From assembly GCA_008632985.1 (NCBI GenBank), contig QPGO01000001.1, positions 1,024,404 to 1,088,403 on the forward strand: DNA of 64,000 nt. The letters are read 5' to 3'. This stretch comes from Psammoneis japonica. Its lineage: Eukaryota. The notes beneath the pieces were generated by a model. The model saw only the letters and a program-made list of their open reading frames with translations, was not told where the DNA came from and did not search any database. Shown in pieces: positions 26,853 through 37,678 of this stretch. Each line of letters begins with the position of its first letter. The stretch's first letter is position 1. The translations under genes and the position numbers were made by a program.

Positions 26853-29800
26853 CAGTTGCGTCTCCCCACTTGCGGTTGCCGTTGCGTTCGTCCAGTGACA
26901 TGGCGTGTTTGCAGCTCCGGGGAACTTCGCATCCGCACTTGCAGCGAGGTGCAGTGCGGAAGGAGCGAAGCTTGGCTTGGTTGGCCATGCGAAATGGCTT
27001 CTTTTGGCGCCTCGCGATGGTGCGGAACCGCTTCCAGCCATCCGTGTCAAGGAGTCCGTTCTCTCGTGCGTAGATGGCACAGGTGACGGGGTCGTCCTTG
27101 GCGATGATGGCAAGAGGCTCGGACGTGATCTCCCCACTTTCCCATTCAAGCATGATGTTGTAGCTTGAGCCTTTCCAGGTTGGGTCGTGAGGCTTCAGAG
27201 GTCCTTCGTGTGACACGATGCGTCGAAATTTCCAAACAGTGGTGTCTTCGTCTTCTTGCTCAATGTGATTCATGATGTCATTGCAGGCAAGGACTTCCTC
27301 GTGTTCGTCATTGTTGACAGAGCAGACGAACTTAGTGAGCTCGGGATTGCCGTTCACTTTCCATTCGTGGTCTTCGACGGCCTTGACGATGCGAGCTCTG
27401 TGGCGTTGTCCATCCTCTTGTGGCTGCATGAGGAAGGTGCGTCCAATGATGTCTTGCGGATCGAAAACTGGCATCTTGGGTGTCCTGATCTCCCCATCAG
27501 GAGAATCGACGGGGTTGTCGTCATGGCGAGATTTGATGATGGGTTCAGGTGGCTCCCCATCAGGAGGATCAAGACGCAGGTTTCGAACGGCAGGATCGGT
27601 GGCAGCGGAGCGGATGTTGGACCGGCAGAGGATCTTCTGAGTCTCGTCAGATAGAATCTTGAAGGTCATCTGGTGGCCGACGTGCTCAGCAATGCCAACG
27701 AAGCGTCCACGCAACTCACGGGATTCGGACGGCCAATCGGAGTCATCGAGGTGGAAGCACACGGGTTCCCACCAGTGAAAGCAAAGCAATGGGCTGATGT
27801 CCGGGGTGGAGCCAGTGAGAGTCTTGAGGGGCGTGCGCCAGTGGAGACGTGGGGACGCTGTGTGGTTGAGCACGAAGCACACGCACATGAGCGCCAGCAG
27901 CCATGTGTGGGCGGGCGAACCAAAACGATCCATGACGGTGTTCGCCATGCGCTTCACGGTCTGGTGTCGACGCTCGGCAAAGTTTTGGTGTTGCTGGTGA
28001 GGCTCACTTTGCCAGCTGGAGATGAAGAGGGCGCGTAGGATCCCGAGCACTTTGTTGCTGATCTCAACTTGAGCACGGTCGCCAATGAGTTTGGATGGGG
28101 CACCACGTTCACGGATCTGATCCTCGAGTGTGTTGACAAACTCTTTGTCCGTCTTAGTGCCGTAGACGTCAGTGACGGTAGACTCGGTGCCAACAAACAG
28201 TTGGGCGCTGGTGCAACCAGAGTCGACGGCCGGGGTGTCGGCACAAACGGTGTCAGTGGCGACAGGCTCGTTGCGGCGGTGCACATTGAGGGCGGGGTTG
28301 GGTGATTTGCAGGCTTTCCTAAGGTGTGCACCGGCGGGCATGCGGGCGCACTGCGTGGTGCAGTCAAAAGTACGACGGACCGCATCGGCAGGTAGGAAGC
28401 CAAAGTGAGGCCGAAGAGACTCGAAGGGGGGGTCCTTGGGCTGTACAGTGCGCTCCGGAGGCGGAACGTCATCGTCCTTGGGGTCAATCGCATGTAGATG
28501 ACACTCGTGGAACACGTCGTCGTTCGGAATGAGGTGATCATCGAGGGCGGACGCGTGATCGGCAGACAAGGAAGCGGACAAGATGGTCTCGTTGACAACG
28601 ACACGGTGACGGTAGTTGCCGCATTCGTCAAATGGGTTGGCAGTGGGATCGTCCTGCAGGTCAGAGATCGCGTCGTGCCACTGGTCGTCGTCAGTGACAG
28701 AGTGATCGAGGACGGAAGGGTCCCATGTGTCATCACCGGTGAGGATGACATGGGGCAGGGTGTCCCATTCGGCGTCAGTGCAAGGTCGCATGGCAACACA
28801 AGGCAGGCCAGCCTTGATGTCAATGGGGATGACATGGCCATCAGGAGTGGCAACACGTTGCAAGCCGTTGGGCACCTTGACAGAGCGATCGTTGACATCC
28901 TGTTTGCACCATTCGAGCTGGCCGCAGGAATGGATGGTCTTGCCCTTGCCCGTGTGTGTGCACTGATGGAGGATGGCGATGACGGGACCACGCTGGGTCT
29001 CAATGACGGCACCAGCGGTGACAACAGGGATGTCCACCAATTGATGATCGTCAATGCCCTGAACGTTGACTTGGCGAGAGGTGCGTGCAATGACGCAAAC
29101 GTCGTCGCCAGCAATGCCGCCGTTGGCCCCACGATCGACTAGAGCGCCAGTGCGTGTGGAGCGATGAGCAGAGGCAGAGCAAATGACATTGTGGTTGTCA
29201 ACGCGGCGGCAAGTGCGGCCGTTAAGTTCCATGTCATCTGCAGAAGCTGGCGGGGTAGAGGAAGCGGCGGATGGCCCCAGTCGACTGGCATTGGGGGCTT
29301 GGTTAGGAGACAACAGACGTTGCAGATCACCGGGTGGCAGTGGCTTGCGCTTGGTGAGGTGCGCCAGGATGGGATCATCCGAAGTGGCGTCCACATTTGG
29401 AGCAGAGTCACCAGAGTCAGCAGGAGTCGTGTTGGACAAGTTGACATCACCGTCACTCCCAAGGCGTTGGTCGTGAAGGTTGGCCGTAACAGACTCATGG
29501 CAGTTGCTGGCTCGCGGGTTGCGGGGAGGCGGACGAGAATGCTCAAGGATGATCGCCTTGGAGGAATCGGGCAACGAATCCCAGATCCGTTGGTGGTCGG
29601 GAGGGAGACGTCTCCATTGGTCACCGGTGAGGCTGGGACCGCGGGTGCAGGCAGCATTGGCCTGAAGGACGTCAATGTCACTGTCAATGTCGTAGAACAC
29701 ATCGTCGGATGGTTCCTCGGAGCAGACGTCGTGTGCGTGTGTGGCGCGTCGGGGAGCTCGAGGTGTCGTCTTGGGTTGAAACGTGCTGTCGTGCTGAGCT

Positions 29801-30861
29801 GCCGCGGAGAGGAGCAAGCCACAGCATTGATCGCATGTGAGGCTCTTGCCACTCTGTGTACGATGCTGATCAGCTTGGTTCTTGACAGCACGGAGTTCCT
29901 CGACAGGGTGCACGGCATTCTCGAGCATGACGCGCTTCTGTCCTTCAGAGAAGTGGTCACTGGCCGGGATGAGTGCCTCGCACTTGCGCAACTGATCTTG
30001 CCAATGAAGGATGAACCCGTGGGTCGGACCTTTCCAAGCACCATCACCAAGACGTGCGGTGGTGAGGTGCGTGAGCAGGGTGGAGGACTCGACAGATGCG
30101 CGGGTGGAGGCAAGCGCGCACTCAGACAAGGCGCGGCAGACGGTCTGTGCGTCAGAAGACCCCACATTTTCGCGAATGAGAGCCTTGCCCTTGTCGGTGA
30201 GAAGGATGCGTTCGAAGACGGCGAACATGTGCTTTTGCTGTTCAGCAAAGAGCAGTTTGTCTTCGGGGCTGGTCGGTTTGTACGACGAGTCTAGAATGCA
30301 CTCGATGTCTTGGGCACGGGCTTGTGCCACAAGTGAGGTGTGCCAAGTGTGCCACTGCTTGTCGGATTTGAGAGCCGTGAAAGCGGTGGGATCACGCTTG
30401 ATGCCTCGCTTGAAGTCCCGCACCGGGTCGCGTGCCTTGGTCGGGTTGGTGACATGCGGAGGTGCAAGGGGTGAGCTGCCGATGGACACAGAAGACATGC
30501 AGTCGGGGCTGAGGCGGCAGGCAAGGAACTCGTCATGCGTGAACAAAGAGGAGTCGTTGGCAACGTCAAGACCTTTGTGTGCTTTGACAATGTGCAGACT
30601 AACTGGTGCTGCTAACATGTTCTTATGACCATGGGGCAAAGGGATCACATCAGTGCCGTTGTCGCACTCAAGCGAGTCGATTTGGGACGGCATGAACGTG
30701 AATGGTTCCTGACACGAGTCCGTGCCGTCTTGGGCCAAAGCCAAACGAAGAGGACTCCCAGCACCTTGGGCAAGCACAGTTCCAACAACGTGCTCGAAAC
30801 CATCGGTTTGTTGCTGACGAGTGAGAACCATGGCAGACAAAAGTGGTGTCAGGACAATCAA
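26853..30861 (-). pseudogene. gag-PR-IN of outer Copia, truncated before RT
   Basis: 1345-aa ORF: LVDRGANGG protease; VATDTV / LIGDRAQVE / NFAERR integrase core; homology breaks at ...WGDAT where the inner UTR begins. Confidence 0.9.
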
Positions 30862-31770
30862 TTCTGGCTGGGAAGCGAAGGTAGACTCGAAACTTGGGTG
30901 AGAACAGACTTGACTTGAAATGGACTTGACTTGAAATCTTGAACTATCTTAAAATCAGAAGTCGCCGGGCTTTGCCATCCCGTTCGTTGTCAAGTGCTAA
31001 ACTTCCCATCCGGTCCGTAGAGTTGTGCCGGCACGTCCGAACCCGCAGCTGGTGGTGCTTTGGGTTGCTTGCAAGCGGAGCAGCGGGTTGCAAACCCCTG
31101 CAGGTGAGCTGACTGGAGGTGGACAAGACCCCCGAACCGTTCTCATTTTATGTCGGTTGGATTTCCCGATCAGGCTGGCCAGTTGACACAGGCGTCAGGC
31201 GCTGTGGACGAACGAACAAACGCGGGAAAGCACCCTCGCCCCAATGCAGGCTGCAATCACGGCTGCTTGCTCTCACAGTCGTCCTCGTGGACCCAGTGGA
31301 ACTGCAGAGCACCAGCAGTCCGGGGTGGATCAGGTGCAATGGACTCGGTGTGCTTGTAGAGTGGCAGCAAAACCGCAGTCCGAAGAGTGGGTAAAGGTTC
31401 TTGGCCGTGAAGATGTGTGTGTGCATGCATGTCTTCAGCGACTGAGATCCTTGAACATGCAGGGTTCTTGACCGTTAACCGAGGAATGGGTGCATCAAGG
31501 GATGTTGATCAAGGACAGACTTGGATGTGACCGTTGAACACATGTCTTCAGCGATCAAAGGTGGCACAATCAATCCAGACATCCAGCGGCAAGGAGACTT
31601 GACGGTGACGTTAACTTCCTGCCGATGCCCTGGCATTGAATGCGCGTGGACTTGCCGATGTATGTAGAACATGTGCGGAGGTCCACGTGGGATTGAAATG
31701 GCGTCGTTGGTAAATCAACGACGACGATGGCGGTTGCTCAATGGGTTGACAATGAGCAAGACTGTCAATC

Positions 31771-32046
31771 TGACAGAAATTGAAGGCAAACGGCAAGAAT
31801 TCAAACAACAACTCCTCACTGCTGTCTAAACAGCAGATGAGTCTCCGCTCAGAGACCGTCACAGGAGCCGAAAGACGTGCAAGTCGGTGCAATCGGGCTA
31901 CTGTTATTATCCTTGTGAGCCTTGTGGCTCGAAAGCAAACTACATCGCGCGTGAACGCGCGGAACTAAAGCACACAAAACTGTGCGCGGTAAACTGAACA
32001 GCGCGCGATACTTCGCGCGCACCCAAATCCTGTTCAAATCCTGTCA
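31771..32046 (-). repeat. 5' LTR of outer Copia
   Basis: 276-bp LTR followed by TSD cttgg. Confidence 0.95.
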
Positions 32047-32849
32047 CTTGGCTTCTTTTTGCAACGACAAGAAAATCTGACAATCTGCACCCCCCGCAAC
32101 ATGTCAGCACATGTTTTGGTGCAGGGGCTCCACCAGCACACTCATGCCAGATCAGATCAGCCATTTTGTCAGGTGGAGTTGAGATCTGTCACCTCTCCTT
32201 CCTGAGCTGGCTGCCATGCAGAGGCTTGGCAAAAAAACCAGCAAGATCATTTCCTCTGCAGGGCAGCACTCTGCTCTGGCTTCCCCTGCCTTGTTGGTGT
32301 TGCCAGCAACAAGAAAGTGTGAGGTGTCAACACACTGAGTGTGGCGCCTGCTTAAAGCTCAGTTTTTTTTTGTTCCAACAACATGGTGCTTTGGCTGTTC
32401 TGGAATGATCTGCTGTCATTGACCCCACGCCCCCCCCCCAGCCACATTGGAACATTTCTTGTTTCCATGCTGCCAGGGCATGCTGCCATCCAATCAGTCC
32501 AGTTTGCTGGCCCCAGTCAGTTGAGTTCTCTCAGCGCTGAGCTTTTGTTCAGCAGAGAGTGAGTTTTGTGAGCTTGGTGCACGGCAAATGAAGCATCAGC
32601 CCATTGCCATGGCTGCATCATCATTGGCCTCAAGGGCAGGTGTCAGGTGTCCATCCCATCTCCCCCACACAAGTGTTGGTTGCACTGCCCAAGCCTTTTC
32701 CAGTCATTCTTGTTGCGGGCTTGGCTGCCCCAGTGGAGAAGAAAGACACCACCATCTGCATGTGTCCGGCTTTCTGCCCTGAGCAACAGGTGCGGCAACC
32801 CAGCTGTGAAGTGACAACAATGCCCAACCTTGTCAGAGTGGATCATTGA

Positions 32850-33700
32850 GAGCTGAGTCCAGGGCAAAGGCCGCCAATGTCATCTGGCGAACCACCTCCA
32901 TTTTGCAAAAGATGCAGCCCTTTATGACAAACTTGACCTTGCCACCTTCAGAGAAGTCTCTGATCATGCCTTTCATTGAGCAAGTTGGAAACCCCTTGTT
33001 TCAACATCACTTGCACTGTGAAGGACATCTTCACATGATGAGTGTCGTCCATGTGCCACATGAGATGACACGCTGCTTGCCATTGGTGGTTTTGCTTGCC
33101 ACACACTGCAGCCACAGGGGTCAATTTCAAATCCAAAGTCATCACATGGGAAACAGGAGAACAGGTTTTTCTGGAGAAGCAGGGCTCCCTCCTGCAGGCA
33201 CTGCAAAGCTCCTTTTTGAGTTCCACATGCAGTGTGAGGGCTTTCCATTTGCCCCCCCCCCCCCATGCTTGCAGCACCTCTCAAAACAAACCCTGCAGAG
33301 GGTCAGTCACTGCATGGGTTCACAAGGAACATCAGCAGCTGAGACCTTCTGTCTTTTCCACATGTCAACATCTGACAACAGGAACAATGCCTGGTTGTCA
33401 ATGGTGGGAGCCAAGATTTCCTCCTTGGTCTTGTGTGGTTGCTGTTTTCCGCCATCAGCACAACCTTGGCTCTTCATTGCATCATCTCATTTCTGAATGA
33501 GGTGTGTGGGTGTCTCAGAGCATCCTTCTTCTGCTCTTCAGTGACATCCATGACAAAGAGCTGCAGGTTGAACAACTTCCTGTGGCCAAGCTGTTTCAGC
33601 TCCTTGACAACCACATCTGCTCCAGCCTGGCCAAACATCTTGCTTGAAGCCTTGTTTCTTGATGGGCTTCTGTTCCACGAGGAACGCAGGACTCCCACAT
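32850..33700 (-). mobile_element. Older, heavily degraded Copia RT relic of a different family
   Basis: FGQAGADVVVKELKQL, VTEEQKKDALRH, LHVELKKELC (cf. LYVxLKKALY), GFEIDPC (cf. GFxxNPYD), WHMDD (cf. WHVDD); both TA and CG nearly absent. Confidence 0.7.
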
Positions 33701-34866
33701 GTGAGGCAGGTTTTGAAATGCCAGAGGACCAGGCACAACTGCTGGTCTGTCTCCCTGACAAGTTGGTGGCTGCAGCCACTCTCCCCACAGTCTTGGAGAG
33801 GATGCAGGTGTGTGGGGTTTTCTTTGTCCACAGGTGCCTTCCTTGTGTTCTGCTGAGCCCAGGTTCTTTTTGGGCTTTTCATTGTTGTCTTGGCATTGGA
33901 GTCCAAGTCAGAGTCACATTTGGCCTTGTTCAGATTGGGCACAGAGCTGCATTGTCCAAATTGTCATCTGGCATGTTGTGAACAGGTTTTGATTTGCTGT
34001 CTTTGAGCTGTTGTAACACTCTGTTGTCTTCAACATTTGCCTGCCACTTGGGCTCATCATTGTGATGGTCACTTGGCTCTTTATCTCCTTTGGCATCTCC
34101 CAGCACTCCTGTGTCATTGCATTTGCAGCTGCCATTCTCCTGCAGGCCAAAGTGGAAAGGGTGAGGAGACAGGCTCTGGCAAGTCTTGGAAGGCAGTCTG
34201 TGCCACTTGTTCAGGTTGGGTGTTGCACAATTGACAGCACTGCTCAAGAGCACATCAGCAGCCTTCAGATTTTTCTGGGTTGTCTGGGCTGTCTGGGAGG
34301 AATTGTTTTGTGAAAAGAAAGCCTCTTTTGGTTTCAACTGTTGCAGAAAAAGAAAGAGGCCTGATCATCTCTTCTTGACTCTCTCTCTCTCTCTCTCTCC
34401 CTCGAACGAACGAACGATCAAAATTGGCGAAGCCAATTTTCCGTCAAATGTGACAAACAATGGCAATACAAGTAGCTAAGGTAGAGCTACTTATTCGGAT
34501 ATTTATCCAACTATTTCAGTAATGGCAGGCACAACAACGTTGGCCGAAGTCAGGAGAATGAGACTTTCGCGGTGGCTTCATCAGCGGCCGGCTGTTGTTG
34601 TTAAGAATCGGCACACCCGTGATGGCATGGTTAACAGTTTTAGGGGATGAGGACAAGTGCCAGTCTACTGTCAAACTACTTTGACCACAAGTGTCGTAGA
34701 TTCAGCTACATGTACAATTGATTTTAGTAGAGATAGCACCGCCATCACCGCTAGCTTGTTTGTCGCTGGCTGGACGTGTAGCGGACACATGCTAAGTGGT
34801 TAACAGAACAGGTGAAATTAGAAATTTATCTGTGTAGAGCACCTTGTTTAGAATCTATCCAGTGCG

Positions 34867-37028
34867 TCATGACATTTTAAGCTCCTCGGAAAAGTACTTA
34901 ATAAAGTCCGACTGCATCAGATGTTTGCTCACAAATGACGAATTGTACATGCTCGTAATGATCTTCTTCCACTTGTCACGATCCCCTTCCGTCAGTGATT
35001 CAATACAGCGTTCGCCGGAGTTGGTGCAATTGCCATAATGCAGCAGACTCAACGCCGTCTTCTGTCTAAATTTCTTGTAATATATGGTTTCCTCAGCATT
35101 GGATATGGCTGCAAGCCTACACGTTCCTTTAGGGTGGGAAATTGTATTCCACGATAAGGCCACTCGATCGTCGGATATTCGGGTGCTCATCAAGTCCTGT
35201 CCTGATATACAGTCTTCCAGCTCTTCATCTACATGAAAAGCCATGCTTTTATTTCTTTCCTGTGATGTAGTCTTTGAGTCACCCCCATAGAGAATGTTTT
35301 GAATGGTAGGATAGAGATCTAACGTTGATATCATGCGGTTTTGATTTTCTTTCAGAATTTCCCTTGCTTCCTTTGTTGAGAACCACTGCTTTGGCACGTA
35401 CATGTACGTCAGAGGGTGCAAGATGTAAGAGTTTAAGTTTGAAAGACGAGTGTATTTTTGGCGTGTCAAATGCTCCCCGTGATCGCCACTTGCAATAATC
35501 ACAGTATCGTCGAGCTTGCCCGTCTTGTTGAGAAACTGAACTATGTCACGCAAATTTCCATCGGTGGTTTCCATGGACGAGTAATAGCGATGAGGAGCCG
35601 ACGAATCCTTGTCTTGTACATATGGCCAATGAGTATTGAACTGATAGAACTGCGCGAAAAATGGCAACTCTTCATCTGTGTTATTGCTAACCCACTCCTT
35701 GAAGAGCGGAACAAACGACCTGTCGTCCGCTCCTTCAGCATTCGTTCTTGGTAAGTTCTGACTTAAAGGGTCGTACACAACATCAAAGTTCTTGGTCAGA
35801 TAATTTTGAAGCATAAACCATTTCGTTCTTGCTAGATCAAGTGTTCGAGATGAGAAGGATCCTGTACGATAACCTTGTCGCTTAAACTCAGTAGCGACTG
35901 ACCTACCAAACGACTTTTCCTTCCCGTTGTCTGTAAAGGCAAGGCAGCCAGTAACGATAGCCGTCATAGCATCAGTGGTATCTCCAGAGACTGATCGTGA
36001 GTTCTCAAACAAGAACCAGTCATCATTGTGTTTAATTTGTTCCTGTAGGAACCGAAATGCTCGTTTGCCGTGTTCATCAAGAGCATAAGCTCCCGACAGT
36101 GACTCATGCATCAGCAAAATGACATTGGGACGTTTTCCCGTGGACTCAAGGTTCTTTATCACGGACCCACTTGCAAACTCAGTATTGAAGCCATCTGGAA
36201 CAAATACAAAGCTTCCGTAAAAACACAAGTATGCGTGAAGCACAGGTGACCAAGCCCCAGCTCCATAAAAGACAACTGCCGTCTTTGTTGCTCTTGTCAA
36301 ATGCTGGTACCGCATTCCCCAAAAAGTATGATCTGTTTCATAACAATAGATCTGTCCAGCAGCGTAGATAAGTACAGAGAGAACTAAGCAGAGAATTGTC
36401 TGAAGGATGCGTGCCATCATGGATCCATCTCTTGCAAATTGTGCCTCGGCATGCTCTGCCGCGTGTTGGATGCCCTCTACAACTACCCACATGCTAGGCG
36501 ACAAACCTCCCGACATTGTTTGAAACGTGTAGTCAGCTACCGAAAACACCACAAAACTCACAACCAAAATAGCCAAGAGGGCTAAAGCTAACAATAGCTT
36601 CATTGTAGTGAAGGACCAAAATCCTTCTTGCCGGTGCGCTCGTACTAGGTCACGAAGAAGCACATTTTCACTGGTTTTCGTTCTTGTCTGAAAGGTGCTG
36701 GGAATGCACAAGGATACAGCCTTGCTGAGTAAAATGAAGAACAAGAATCCTTCGGTAATAGCTCCAATCAATGCACTGAGTACTGCAAGTACTCCGCCGC
36801 TGTAACGAATTTTGGTCGATAATCCTGGAGCATGCAGTACAAGAGCTGCAATGGTTGTGCACGCCAACGGAAATCGACGACCGACGTGAAGAGCCGGAGG
36901 TAAATGTTTGTCCTACATTTAGCACGAGAAACAAGAGAAGAATATGGAGTGATATGGGCAAAGTATGCTCCTGCAACTTGAGTAAAGGTTTCAGTCAATC
37001 CTTTGATGATGATACGTACAACAAACAT
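34867..37028 (-). CDS. Membrane-anchored sulfatase / alkaline-phosphatase superfamily protein (LtaS/EptA-like architecture)
   Basis: N-terminal TM helices then RPNVILLMHESLSG, SGDTTDAM, FNTHWPY, SGDHGE motifs; main exon 34867-36912 preceded by an acceptor (gctaaatgtag); tentative 9-nt first exon 37020-37028. Confidence 0.75.
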
Positions 37029-37678
37029 TATGGGCAGGCTGGATCGCTGACAAAAAGACGGTGGAGCTGATAAAGGTGGTGAGATTCGATAAAGGAGGTG
37101 AGATTCGACTGTATTGCAGGCCCAGACGAAAATACGAGATCAGGCTTGAACTTGCGGTGTTGAGAGTTATTGATGAACAACCTTCTGGAATTTCCCAACG
37201 CATCCTTTTCAAAAAAATTGTGAGGAGCGGCCTAACGGTTCCATTTTACTATATTGGGGATATGAATTTATTTAGATCGAAAAAGTGCATATTTATTAAT
37301 TGCTAAATTACCTCAATGCTTTAAGATTTGTTATCGGTGATAATTAAAATTGAATTAACAGGATTATATCAAAAATTTCAAAAGCATATTGAAAAATTAT
37401 ATAGCATCATGCCTATACTCGAAATACGGTGCATTTTTTGTGATAGCGAATGGGAGTTTTGATGAAGTATCAAAATAATACAAGGATATATCATATATTA
37501 AACTCTGAGCAGTCTGAAAACGGCCATGATGATAAAATACGCTGAATGTCGAACGGCATTGAAACCTTCTCGACACTTTCAAGGCACGGAAGAATGAAAT
37601 CCAAGTACAAAATAAAGAAGGACCACTCAGTGGTCACAAAAAATCGCTTGCGGCATCTGCAAGAAATATCATCACGCC

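Larger units (their letters stand above)
18659..32046 (-). mobile_element. Ty1/Copia (CoDi-like) LTR retrotransposon, outer element containing a nested same-family copy
   Basis: 276-bp LTRs TG...CA at both ends; 5-bp TSD CTTGG on both sides; PPT (actggggag) before the 3' LTR; order gag-PR(DRG)-IN-RT(YVDD)-RNaseH. Confidence 0.95.
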
